A stretch of 64,000 bases of DNA from Bacteroidales bacterium (lineage in GTDB: Bacteria > Bacteroidota > Bacteroidia > Bacteroidales > Bacteroidaceae), in contig JAUMYJ010000004.1 of assembly GCA_030528715.1 (NCBI GenBank), positions 3,095 through 67,094 of the forward strand. The letters run 5' to 3'. The translations under genes and the position numbers were made by a program. Positions 10,238-20,288 of the stretch are shown piece by piece (position 1 is the first letter of the stretch; every line of letters starts with the position of its first letter). Below the pieces are notes generated by a model. The model saw only the letters and a program-made list of their open reading frames with translations, was not told the origin of the DNA and did no database searches.

Positions 10238-13200
10238 ATGATGAAAAGAAGTCGTACACAACTCTTGGCTGCCTGCCTTTTGGCTGCACTACCGCTCTCG
10301 GTAGTCGGTCAGGTCGTGGTAAGCCAAACCGATGGTCAGGTGACTATTGGTAACGGCTATATGAGCCGTACGTTTAATACTGCTGGCAACAAACTTACGC
10401 CTGGCGTTTTGGTCAACAAGCGTACTGCCACGCCTACTAACTTTGTGCCATCAGTAGGTAGTGAGGAGTTCTCGCTTAATCCCGTAACGATCGTAATGGC
10501 AGCAGGAAAGATTGATCGCACGGCTTGGACCGTAGTTGCCGATGGTTATAGCGATGACGCAGGCTCTGGTCACCCACACCATGCACTTGATGGTAATGCT
10601 AATACATGGTGGCATTCGCACTATGGTAGCAATGGCAACAGACAGATGCCCCACTACCTACAAGTGACAATGCCCGAGAGCAAGCTCATCAAGAGCTTTG
10701 CCTACACGCCACGTCCTGGCAATGCTACGATTAACGGGCAGGTAAAGGGCTATCGCTTGCTTATCGGCGAAACAGAGTCTACCCTTACGATAGCCTCACA
10801 AGGTGATTTGCCTTTTACAGGTGAAGAACAATGGGTAAACCTTACGACACCTACTACGGGGAAAATTGTGCGGTTTGAAATTTTGAGTTCGCACAATGGC
10901 CGAGAGTTTGCAGCAGTAGCCGACTTCCAATTAGCGACAGAGACACAGGATAATAGCATAGATAATTTGCAGCTCATAGATCGTACCGAGTGGCGTGTGT
11001 CGGCCGACTCATGGTGTCGAGAAAGTGCTACTGTGGGCGAACCCAAGCACATCGTTGATGGCAATACCAATACAATTTGGCACTCATGGTACACTGGACA
11101 GACGCATGGTACACAAGGTCGAAACACGCTACCCTATTCATTTATGATTGACTTAGGCCGTGAGCAGACCTTCCGTTCGTTTGGCTATGAGCCACGTAAG
11201 AGTGGACAGAATGGTACAGCGGCAGAATACGAGTTTTTTGTCTCTAACGATAGCGTGGCTTGGACGAGTGTCAAGTCTGGCACATTTACTTACACAGACG
11301 GTAGTCAGACGCAGTGGGTTAATCTTCCTAGTGAGCAAACGGCACGTTATGTGAAGTTTACAATTAAATCTACGGCCAACGGTGCGGCTTTTGGTTCGTG
11401 TGCCGAGTTTTATTTAGGTCAGCAGGCATACGTAACCCCCAAGAGCCATTTCTCTGCCTCAGAGATGACAATCGCAGCTATACGAGAGGAAAATATAGAA
11501 GATGGTAAGCGTGTAGTCTTTGATATGCAACCCTACATGCACACCAATGAACGTAGTGGCCAAGTGACGACGTGGGATATCGATATGGTGGTCGAAATGA
11601 AAAACAATGACCACTTCCTGCGTAAATACCTCTTAATAAAGGGAGAAGACGAAGTAACACGTCAAACGCCTATTGACTATATTGAGATGGAGTCGCTTGG
11701 CGTAGAAAACGTAGCGGCTACCAACCGCTGGACGCACCCTGCTGGCAGCGGTGGTGTAGGTGGTATGTCTGCTTATACGCTTACGCTCGGGCAGCCCGTT
11801 TATGTGGAAGGCCTATTTATGGGGTCTGAATTCCCACAAGCTGAAAATGAGATAGCCAACGCTAAGGCTCATACACGTTATTATAGTGGTAAAAGCTTGG
11901 CTACACTAGCAGGTGTCGGTCGTGTTGATGCCAATGGCTATTTCCGTACATGGAGCAATGTCATGGGGGCTTCGCGTAGTACGACAGACCTCAATGTGAT
12001 TCGCTCGGATTTCTTTAAGTATATCACAAGCATTGCCAAGCCTGTTGGCTTACGTTTGCAGTACAACTCGTGGTATGACTGGATGATGCGCATTGACGAA
12101 GAGAAAATCAACAACTCTTTCCGCGAAATGGAACTTGGGTTTAGTCAGCATGGCATTCGTCCGATGGATAGCTACGTGGTAGATGATGGCTGGAACAATT
12201 ATGAGGTAAGCGATGTAGCACGTTCGGGTACAGGTACCAATAAAACTGGCTTCTGGGAGTTCAACAGCAAGTTCCCTAATGGTCTTGAAGGTGCTAGCCA
12301 AATCGCTCGTCGCTATGGCTCAGACTTTGGTATATGGCTTGGCCCTCGTGGTGGCTATAACTTTAACGCTCGCTGGGGGCATCTTCTCGAACGCCATGGC
12401 AATGGTACATACAACCGCAATAGTGCTGATGCTGTTACGGGTGATAGTGTTTATATCGCTAAGCTAACGGATTTCTTCCTAGAAAATCAAACCCGCTATG
12501 GTGTAAATTATTGGAAGTTAGATGGCTTCTCTACCGTACAGCCGCAGCCATCGACGAATGGACGCTACATTACTGGTGGTAAAAATGGTAACTATTACTT
12601 CACCGAGCATTGGGAGCGTTGGTATAACACCTTTGACACACTTTATGCCGAAGCCGATCAGCGTGGCAGTAAGTTGTGGCTCAATCTTACATGCTATGTT
12701 AATCCTAGTCCTTGGATTTTGCAGTGGAGCAACTCGGTGTGGATACAAAACTCTCAAGACAAGGGCAATAGAGTCGTAGGTGGACGTACGCGCCAAATGG
12801 ATCAGTTCCTTTCATACCGCGACGACCGCTACTATGACTTTATCTACAACAATCAGCTGCAATTCCCCTTGGCTAATATCTTTAACCATGACCCGATTTA
12901 TGGTCAAGAAGAAGGTGTTGCTGCCAATAGTATGACCGATGCAGAGTTTCGTGCCTATCTCTATATGATGGCTACACGTGGCACTGCTTTTTGGGAAATG
13001 CTATACAGCTATAACTTTATGGATGAGGGCAGCAAGTGGATGATCAATGGTGAGGCTATAAACTTTATTGACAAGCACTACGAGACACTGCGAAATGCCA
13101 AGTATTTTGGTCAGTCACCTCTTAGTGGCCGTATTTATGGCTACTCATGCTGGAAGGAAGTGGACAATGCTACCGACAACGAAGGTATCGTCTCGTTCCG

Positions 13201-14776
13201 TAACCCTACTGGCAGTACCCAAACTTATACCTTTACACTTGATGGCCGTGTGGGCGTACCTACACATGCTACCAATCTTTCGCGTAGCCTCGTGATGAGT
13301 TATGCAGGCGTAGCTAACGAACGAGCTGCTGCTGTGAAGCTTGATACCGATGTATCTGCTAAGTATAGCTACGGCGATTCGTTTACGGTAACACTAGCTC
13401 CTGGCGAGATTCGTATTTGGAAGTTTACAGCTGAGGCCGATGTGCAGCCTGCACAAATCTATACTCTGGCCGCTGTTGATACCAACAAGATAATTGTTAA
13501 GTTTGACGAGCCCGTAAGGCCTTATGGTCCTAACTTTAAAGTCTATGAAGGTAGCACATTAGCCACTGATGTACGCTCTGTTATGCTTAGCGAAGATTAT
13601 CGCACCGTGACACTCACAACGCGTCATGCACTTGAAGCTACTAAGCGTTATACGCTTCAAGTTAATGGGCTGCGCGATTGGAATAAAAACGCAACAGAGA
13701 CTACATCGCCCGTATTTTTCCTAAATAAGGATAGCGTAGTACTTACTGTCAATACGCTTGCCGACTTGCGTGAGCCTGCTGGTGCAACCCTTACTGGAGA
13801 TTTCCGTCAAGGGCAATTGCTAGCACTTACACAAGAACACGCTGTGGCAAGTGATAAGTATTTTGCTGGTAAAGGTAGTTTTAGCATAGCGTTTGAAGTA
13901 AACACTACTACGGCCAATGCTACGCTACTTCGCCAAGGAGATAGTTATAGTGTGAGTTTGATAAATGGTAAGCCCTCATTCAAAGTAGGTGAGCTTACTT
14001 ATACGGCCGATAGTGTAGTTAATGATGGTAGACCACAGTTTATCATTTGTACGCGTGAGAATAATGGCATGCTCAAAATCTACATCAATGGGCAGCTACA
14101 AGGCACAAAATACGATGCTGCACACATCAATGCGCCTATAGTAGCAGCTCCTATTACGCTTGGTAGCAGCGATAGCCATATCAATATCGGCAAGGTAAGC
14201 CTAAGACTCGGAGCATATCACTTCAAGCAAGCAGCAGCTGTACATCATGACAACGTGCAGCCACATTATCTCGTGAGCGTTACTTCGCCTGAGACAGCCA
14301 CAGTGCGTTTTACCTATGCCAAAGATAGCACTACTACTGCCGATGGCACCAAGGTAGCTCGTGTTGCTTCAGGGCAAAATGTAACAGTAGAGGCCATTAC
14401 AACTGGTGACAAGGCCTTTGCTAGCTATACGCAAGATGGCACAGCTATGCCTGTTGCAGATGATGCACAAACGCTTTCAATCGTCTTCACTAACGTCACC
14501 GCAGACCACAATGTCGTGATCGAAGTCAAGGATATTACTACGGGTATTACCGCTATTGGGCAAACACTAAAACTCGCCATTGCCGATGGTAGTATTAGTG
14601 TTAAGAATACCGAGGGGGCTACACAGCTTACAGCCTATACAGCCGATGGTAAGTCACTTGGTACAGCCCATGGCAATGGTATGGCTACGCTTAACGGTGT
14701 AAGCTGGCCGTCGGGCATCTTGTTGGTAGAGGTCAAGACCTCTGCCGGTAAGCAGGTATTTAAGCTTACGAAGTAA
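10238..14776 (+). CDS. Large modular secreted GH36-like alpha-N-acetylgalactosaminidase/galactosaminidase (2x F5/8C-CBM32, catalytic barrel, Ig-like, LamG-like, T9SS CTD)
   Basis: Two DG(N)xxTxWHS discoidin modules; QYNSWYD, YVVDDGW, KFPNGL, FGIWLGPRGGY, YWKLDGF; C-terminal YTADGK...KQVFKL. Confidence 0.75.
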   Translation: MMKRSRTQLLAACLLAALPLSVVGQVVVSQTDGQVTIGNGYMSRTFNTAGNKLTPGVLVNKRTATPTNFVPSVGSEEFSLNPVTIVMAAGKIDRTAWTVVADGYSDDAGSGHPHHALDGNANTWWHSHYGSNGNRQMPHYLQVTMPESKLIKSFAYTPRPGNATINGQVKGYRLLIGETESTLTIASQGDLPFTGEEQWVNLTTPTTGKIVRFEILSSHNGREFAAVADFQLATETQDNSIDNLQLIDRTEWRVSADSWCRESATVGEPKHIVDGNTNTIWHSWYTGQTHGTQGRNTLPYSFMIDLGREQTFRSFGYEPRKSGQNGTAAEYEFFVSNDSVAWTSVKSGTFTYTDGSQTQWVNLPSEQTARYVKFTIKSTANGAAFGSCAEFYLGQQAYVTPKSHFSASEMTIAAIREENIEDGKRVVFDMQPYMHTNERSGQVTTWDIDMVVEMKNNDHFLRKYLLIKGEDEVTRQTPIDYIEMESLGVENVAATNRWTHPAGSGGVGGMSAYTLTLGQPVYVEGLFMGSEFPQAENEIANAKAHTRYYSGKSLATLAGVGRVDANGYFRTWSNVMGASRSTTDLNVIRSDFFKYITSIAKPVGLRLQYNSWYDWMMRIDEEKINNSFREMELGFSQHGIRPMDSYVVDDGWNNYEVSDVARSGTGTNKTGFWEFNSKFPNGLEGASQIARRYGSDFGIWLGPRGGYNFNARWGHLLERHGNGTYNRNSADAVTGDSVYIAKLTDFFLENQTRYGVNYWKLDGFSTVQPQPSTNGRYITGGKNGNYYFTEHWERWYNTFDTLYAEADQRGSKLWLNLTCYVNPSPWILQWSNSVWIQNSQDKGNRVVGGRTRQMDQFLSYRDDRYYDFIYNNQLQFPLANIFNHDPIYGQEEGVAANSMTDAEFRAYLYMMATRGTAFWEMLYSYNFMDEGSKWMINGEAINFIDKHYETLRNAKYFGQSPLSGRIYGYSCWKEVDNATDNEGIVSFRNPTGSTQTYTFTLDGRVGVPTHATNLSRSLVMSYAGVANERAAAVKLDTDVSAKYSYGDSFTVTLAPGEIRIWKFTAEADVQPAQIYTLAAVDTNKIIVKFDEPVRPYGPNFKVYEGSTLATDVRSVMLSEDYRTVTLTTRHALEATKRYTLQVNGLRDWNKNATETTSPVFFLNKDSVVLTVNTLADLREPAGATLTGDFRQGQLLALTQEHAVASDKYFAGKGSFSIAFEVNTTTANATLLRQGDSYSVSLINGKPSFKVGELTYTADSVVNDGRPQFIICTRENNGMLKIYINGQLQGTKYDAAHINAPIVAAPITLGSSDSHINIGKVSLRLGAYHFKQAAAVHHDNVQPHYLVSVTSPETATVRFTYAKDSTTTADGTKVARVASGQNVTVEAITTGDKAFASYTQDGTAMPVADDAQTLSIVFTNVTADHNVVIEVKDITTGITAIGQTLKLAIADGSISVKNTEGATQLTAYTADGKSLGTAHGNGMATLNGVSWPSGILLVEVKTSAGKQVFKLTK

Positions 14777-14797
14777 GCCTAGATTACAGCTCTATTG

Positions 14798-14846
14798 AGA
14801 CTTTTCTCTACTTGTTCGTTTGGATAGGTAGAGAAAAGTCTTTTTC
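14798..14846 (+). terminator. Intrinsic terminator
   Basis: agacttttctctac...gtagagaaaagtct followed by T-run. Confidence 0.85.
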
Positions 14847-14922
14847 TTTGCCTTTCTTGGCTATTAGTACACCTCTACCTAAGTACGGCTTACCACTTGC
14901 GTGTATTTACGCCTTTATTAGT

Positions 14923-15002
14923 GTATCGTGTCTGTGTACATGTGTGCCGTGTCTTGATACATTAGTTTCTCGTTGGGGAACGTTTGTACCAAGTCGCGGC
15001 AC
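14923..15002. repeat. Four-unit 21-bp-period palindrome cassette (copy 2)
   Basis: gtatcgtgtctgtgtac-atgt-gtgccgtgtcttgatac-atta-gtttctcgttggggaac-gttt-gtaccaagtcgcggcac. Confidence 0.85.
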
Positions 15003-15231
15003 AACTCTTTGTGCTTTGAGCTAGTGAAGTATGGAGTAGGGGTGCGATGGGGTGTTGTTAAAGCTAGGCTGATCATAGGCAAACGCCCTACTTCATGGAT
15101 AGGGGACATTTACTACCACTTCGTATGTCAAAATATAACTGATAGTGCTTTATAGAGTCCTTTGGAGGGGATATGTATTGGATAATGGTTATTTAATGGG
15201 CACATAGTATGGCCATCTCCTTAGAAAATGC

Positions 15232-15239
15232 TACCTTTG
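15232..15239 (+). promoter_or_regulatory. -7 promoter element of mfd
   Basis: TACCTTTG ending 6 nt before the ATG. Confidence 0.55.
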
Positions 15240-15245
15240 TAGTAT

Positions 15246-18200
15246 ATGACAGAAGCGATGACGATACAAGCCTTAGCAAGTGCTTTTACAGAGCATAAGA
15301 AAGTTAAGGCCGTGTACCGTGCACTGGCTACGGCTAGTGTGCGTGTATTGCATTGTGCGGGCTTGCAAGCATCGGCTGCACCAATGGTATTTGCTGCCTT
15401 GTGGCAAATAGAGCCACGAGTGGCTCTATTTGTCTTGGGCGATGAAGAAGAGGCTGGCTATTTTTATAATGACCTTGTCAAGCTCTTAGATGATAAGGCC
15501 GTAGCTTTTTTCCCATCTTCGTATAAACGTGCTGTAAAGTTTGCTCAGCGTCACGATGCCAATGAGATTTTGCGCACCGATGTCTTGACACGCTTAGCAG
15601 CTTGGCAATCAGGACAGGGACTTTATATCGTGACCTATCCCGAGGCGTTGAGTGAGCGTGTTGTAGCTATGGATCATCTTTCTGCACAAACTTTGCACCT
15701 TGTTCAAGGGCAAATGATAGCACCTGCTAGTATTGAGCTACAATTACTCGACTTTGGTTTTTCGCGTACAGACTATGTCTATGCACCAGGTGAGTATGCT
15801 ATCCGTGGTAGTATTATTGATGTATACTCTTATACGAATGAACATCCTTTTCGTCTAGACTTCTTTGGCGATGAGCTAGATAGCATACGTACTTTTGATA
15901 TACAGACACAGCTTAGTTTAGAGCACCTTGCTGATGTAACTATTGTACCCAACGTCGCTCACACGATGTTGGATGGACAACCTTTTATGGCCTGTTTGCC
16001 ACATGATACCCTCACTATCTTTCGCGATTATACGTTTGTGCGTGACCGCATTGATGTAATTTACAAAGAGGGCTTTACAGCACAAGCTATGGCTGAGGCC
16101 GAGGCTATGGGTGATATGTTGGTGGCAGAGCGCTTGCTTGTAGATGCTACTACGTTTGGACAGGCGTGTTTGCCATTTCGCCGTATAGATATAGGCATGA
16201 AGTGTACAACGCCTGATGCCATTGTGATGTTTGAGCAACACGCACAGCCACTCTTTCATAAGCAATTTGATGTTGTTGCGCATGCCTTTGATGAGTTGCA
16301 GCGTAAGGGGCATCGCATTTATATCGGTGCAGAGAGTGCTAAGCAGCTAGCACGTCTTCGTGCGATATTTGGTGAGATAGATCATGAAATTCATTTCGTT
16401 GCGGTAGACAATACATTACATGCCGGCTTTGTGGACGAAGATTTTAAGGTTGCAGTGTTCACAGACCATCAAATCTTTGATCGCTTTCATAAGTATCAAC
16501 TCAAAAATAGCCATGTGCGCAATGCTAAGGTAGCACTGACGCTCAAAGAGTTGCAGCAATTTGAATATGGCGATTATATCGTACACGTGGATCATGGCAT
16601 CGGGCAGTTTGCAGGCTTGATGAAGATACCCACTGGTGATACACTGCAAGAGGTGATAAAGATCAATTATCAGCGTGGAGACGCTGTCTTTGTCTCGATA
16701 CATGCACTGCATAAGATCAATAAATATAAAGGGCGTGATGGTGTGCCGCCTAAGCTATCTACACTAGGCTCTGGTGCGTGGGAAAAACTCAAAAATCGCA
16801 CGAAGAGTAAGCTCAAAGACATAGCACGTGACCTCATAGCTCTCTATGCCAAACGTAGAGCTGAAAAGGGGTATAAGTATGCTCCCGATAGCTTCATGCA
16901 GCATGAGCTAGAAGCTAGCTTCAAATACGAAGATACGCCCGACCAATTACGTGTAACACAAGAGGTAAAAGCCGACATGGAGAGCGAGCGCCCGATGGAT
17001 CGCTTAGTGTGTGGAGACGTAGGCTTTGGCAAAACTGAAATAGCTATACGTGCCGCCTTTAAGGCCGCTTGCGATGGCAAACAGGTAGCTGTAATGGTGC
17101 CTACGACATTGCTAGCCTATCAACATTATCGCACGTTTAGTGAGCGTTTGAAAGACTTTCCTGTAAAGGTAGATTATCTTAGTCGAGCACGTAAGCCTAG
17201 CGAAGCGGCACTCATACGCAAGGGGTTGGCAGATGGGACGATAAACATAGTTGTAGGCACACATGCTTTGATAGGCAAGAATGTTAAATTCCAAGATTTA
17301 GGCTTGCTTATCATTGACGAAGAACATAAATTTGGCGTATCGGTTAAGGAAAAACTACGTCAGCTGCGCGTCAATATTGATACGCTTACGATGACAGCTA
17401 CTCCTATCCCTCGCACACTACAATTCTCGCTGATGGGGGCGCGTGATTTAAGCACGATAAATACGCCTCCTCCTAATCGTCACCCCATAGACACACAGGT
17501 TAGTACGTTTAGTGCCGAGGTTATAGCCGAGGCTATCAATTTTGAGTTAAGCCGTAATGGGCAGGTATTTGTCGTTAGTCATCGTATCGCAAATCTTTCT
17601 ACATTGGCTCATTTGATTACCAAGCACGTGCCAGATGTGCGTGTAGCCATTGCTCATGGACAGATGCCTCCTGAGGCTATGGAGCGTACGATTACCGATT
17701 TTGTCAACCATGATTTTGATGTACTTGTTTCTACTACTATTGTAGAGAATGGTATTGATATCCCTAACGCCAATACCATCATCGTAGAGCATGCGCATCA
17801 CTTTGGTCTAAGTGATTTGCATCAAATGCGTGGTCGTGTAGGACGTAGTAATCGCAAGGCATTTTGCTATCTGCTAGCTCCTCCTTTGGCTGCACTCCCA
17901 CCCGACACCCGCCGTCGCTTGCAAGCAATTGAAAATTTTAGCGATTTAGGGAGTGGCATTCATATTGCCATGCAAGATCTTGATATTCGTGGTGCAGGCA
18001 ATCTTTTAGGTGCTGAGCAGAGTGGCTTTGTAGCTGACTTAGGCTATGAAACCTATCAAAAGATACTTAAAGAGGCTATGGTGGAGTTACGCCATGAGTT
18101 ACCTGACTTTGCTGACGATGACTCGGTACGTAGTAATGACCTTATGGGCGATACCTTTGTAGATGAGTGCCAGCTCGAAAGTGACCTGCGTATTTTTTTG

Positions 18201-18623
18201 CCAGAGTCTTATGTGCCAGGTAATAGCGAGCGTTTGCTGCTCTACCGAGAATTAGATGGCATGACACGCATAGAGGAGGTAGAAGCATTTCGCACGCGCC
18301 TCCAAGACCGTTTTGGCGAGCTACCTATGGAAGCAGAGCATTTGCTACAAGTTCCCTTAGCACGTGCGATTGGGCGTCGGTTAGGCGTAGAGCGCATCGT
18401 GCTCAAAGGTGGACGCTGCACACTGCACCTTGTACGTACTCCCGAGAGTGCTTATTTTCGTAGTGTAGCCTTTGGTCGCATTATCGCTTATGTCACGCAA
18501 TACTTTCAAACGTGCGAGCTATCACAGACAGGGAACCCCCGCCTCACACTTCACAACTGCCCTGATTTACCTACGGCTATCGTACGTTTGCAGGCTATCG
18601 AAGCTATTGACCCTGTGGCTTAA
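15246..18623 (+). CDS. mfd: Transcription-repair coupling factor
   Basis: [10 protein letters not shown] CarD-like domain, [37 protein letters not shown]-terminus. Confidence 0.97.
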   Translation: MTEAMTIQALASAFTEHKKVKAVYRALATASVRVLHCAGLQASAAPMVFAALWQIEPRVALFVLGDEEEAGYFYNDLVKLLDDKAVAFFPSSYKRAVKFAQRHDANEILRTDVLTRLAAWQSGQGLYIVTYPEALSERVVAMDHLSAQTLHLVQGQMIAPASIELQLLDFGFSRTDYVYAPGEYAIRGSIIDVYSYTNEHPFRLDFFGDELDSIRTFDIQTQLSLEHLADVTIVPNVAHTMLDGQPFMACLPHDTLTIFRDYTFVRDRIDVIYKEGFTAQAMAEAEAMGDMLVAERLLVDATTFGQACLPFRRIDIGMKCTTPDAIVMFEQHAQPLFHKQFDVVAHAFDELQRKGHRIYIGAESAKQLARLRAIFGEIDHEIHFVAVDNTLHAGFVDEDFKVAVFTDHQIFDRFHKYQLKNSHVRNAKVALTLKELQQFEYGDYIVHVDHGIGQFAGLMKIPTGDTLQEVIKINYQRGDAVFVSIHALHKINKYKGRDGVPPKLSTLGSGAWEKLKNRTKSKLKDIARDLIALYAKRRAEKGYKYAPDSFMQHELEASFKYEDTPDQLRVTQEVKADMESERPMDRLVCGDVGFGKTEIAIRAAFKAACDGKQVAVMVPTTLLAYQHYRTFSERLKDFPVKVDYLSRARKPSEAALIRKGLADGTINIVVGTHALIGKNVKFQDLGLLIIDEEHKFGVSVKEKLRQLRVNIDTLTMTATPIPRTLQFSLMGARDLSTINTPPPNRHPIDTQVSTFSAEVIAEAINFELSRNGQVFVVSHRIANLSTLAHLITKHVPDVRVAIAHGQMPPEAMERTITDFVNHDFDVLVSTTIVENGIDIPNANTIIVEHAHHFGLSDLHQMRGRVGRSNRKAFCYLLAPPLAALPPDTRRRLQAIENFSDLGSGIHIAMQDLDIRGAGNLLGAEQSGFVADLGYETYQKILKEAMVELRHELPDFADDDSVRSNDLMGDTFVDECQLESDLRIFLPESYVPGNSERLLLYRELDGMTRIEEVEAFRTRLQDRFGELPMEAEHLLQVPLARAIGRRLGVERIVLKGGRCTLHLVRTPESAYFRSVAFGRIIAYVTQYFQTCELSQTGNPRLTLHNCPDLPTAIVRLQAIEAIDPVA

Positions 18624-18661
18624 ACTTTATTAGTAAATCTCCTAATTAAAAAATAAGTGAT

Positions 18662-20233
18662 ATGATGAAAAATCAACGTAACACGCACACGGCATTGCCT
18701 ATTACTGCTGCTATGGCTGCCGCTCTTTTACCTCAGTTAGTACAAGCGCAGCAGCCCTATAACGTAGTGTTTATCATGACAGACGACCACACTGCACAGA
18801 TGATGAGCTGCTATGATAGTACGCATATTCGAACGCCACACCTTGACCGCATTGCTCGTGATGGTGTGCGCTTTACCAATAGCTTTGTGGCCAACTCACT
18901 TTCTGGCCCTAGCCGTGCTTGTATGCTTACAGGTAAGCATAGCCATACTAATGGCTTTTTGAGTAATGTGCGTAGTCACTTTGATGGTAGTCAGCAAACT
19001 ATGCCTAAACTGCTACAAAAGGTAGGCTATCAAACGGCACTCATAGGTAAGTGGCACTTGGAAAGTACACCTACGGGATTTGATTATTTTCGTATTTTCC
19101 CAGGACAAGGTGACTACTATAATCCTACGTTTATTGAGATGGATGGTAGCCATACCGTAGAGCGTGGCTATGTAACTAATATCGTGACAGACCTCGGTAT
19201 TGACTGGCTAGCTAATAAGCGTGACCATAGTAAGCCTTTTATTCTATTCTTACATCATAAGGCTTGTCATCGTCCTTTTTTACCAGATTTAAAGCACCTT
19301 ACAGATTACGAGGATACGACTTTCAAGCTGCCATCTACCTTCCGTGACGATTATGCTGGCCGTGCGGCTGCAGCTGCACAAGAAATGGAGATAGGCCGTC
19401 ACATGGATTTAACGTATGATACTAAGATAGACTTGCCTCATTTGCGCACTCCTTATAAAGGCTACTACTATTCAATGATAGATCGTCTTGACTCTGCGGA
19501 TCGTGCACATTATGATAGTGTATATAAAGTAATCTCTGATGATTTTGTAGCCCAAAATCTTACCGGAGCAGCACTTGATGAGTATAAGTATCAACGCTAC
19601 ATGCGCGACTATGCTAAGGTGGTGCGCAGTCTTGATGACAATGTAGGCCGTTTGCTTGACTACCTTGAAGCACAAGGTTTAACAGAGAATACGCTGATCG
19701 TATATACCTCAGACCAAGGTTTTTATATGGGTGAACACGGCTGGTTTGACAAGCGCTTTATGTACGAAGAATCAATGCGTACACCCCTTACTATGCTTCT
19801 TCCGAAAGGCCTAAACAAGCGTGGTGATGTGGTACAAATGGTGCAAAATATAGATTATGCGCCTACTTTCCTTGATTTGGCTGGTGCTCCTATTCCAAGT
19901 GATATTCAGGGTGTATCGCTCTTGCCATTGCTCAAAGACAACAAGGCACCACGCCAGTGGCGCAATGGATTATACTATCACTTCCACGAATACCCTGCTG
20001 AGCATGCTGTGAAGCGTCATTATGGTATTCGTACCGAACGCTACAAGCTCATTCACTTCTACCATGACATTGATGTGTGGGAACTCTACGACCTTAAAAA
20101 AGACCCTAACGAGCTAAACAACCTATACGGTAAGCCAGGTACGGAGCGTCTTGTTAAGAAGTTGCGCAAACAGCTATGGCAGTTACAGGAGCAATATGAC
20201 GACCCTATTCGCCATAAATATCCACTAAAGTAA
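18662..20233 (+). CDS. Ser-type sulfatase, GlcNAc-6-sulfatase / mucin-desulfating type
   Basis: FIMTDDH, SGPSRACMLTGKHSH, YTSDQGFYMGEHGWFDKRFMYEESMRTP. Confidence 0.9.
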   Translation: MMKNQRNTHTALPITAAMAAALLPQLVQAQQPYNVVFIMTDDHTAQMMSCYDSTHIRTPHLDRIARDGVRFTNSFVANSLSGPSRACMLTGKHSHTNGFLSNVRSHFDGSQQTMPKLLQKVGYQTALIGKWHLESTPTGFDYFRIFPGQGDYYNPTFIEMDGSHTVERGYVTNIVTDLGIDWLANKRDHSKPFILFLHHKACHRPFLPDLKHLTDYEDTTFKLPSTFRDDYAGRAAAAAQEMEIGRHMDLTYDTKIDLPHLRTPYKGYYYSMIDRLDSADRAHYDSVYKVISDDFVAQNLTGAALDEYKYQRYMRDYAKVVRSLDDNVGRLLDYLEAQGLTENTLIVYTSDQGFYMGEHGWFDKRFMYEESMRTPLTMLLPKGLNKRGDVVQMVQNIDYAPTFLDLAGAPIPSDIQGVSLLPLLKDNKAPRQWRNGLYYHFHEYPAEHAVKRHYGIRTERYKLIHFYHDIDVWELYDLKKDPNELNNLYGKPGTERLVKKLRKQLWQLQEQYDDPIRHKYPLK

Positions 20234-20288
20234 AGAAGTAGTCTGTGCTACTCTAGCTTTAATGAACTATTACCATTTTATTTGAATC

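Noticed and set aside
14812-15155. Short overlapping ORFs between the GH36 gene and mfd
   Set aside because: They run through a terminator and a repeat cassette and show no coding features
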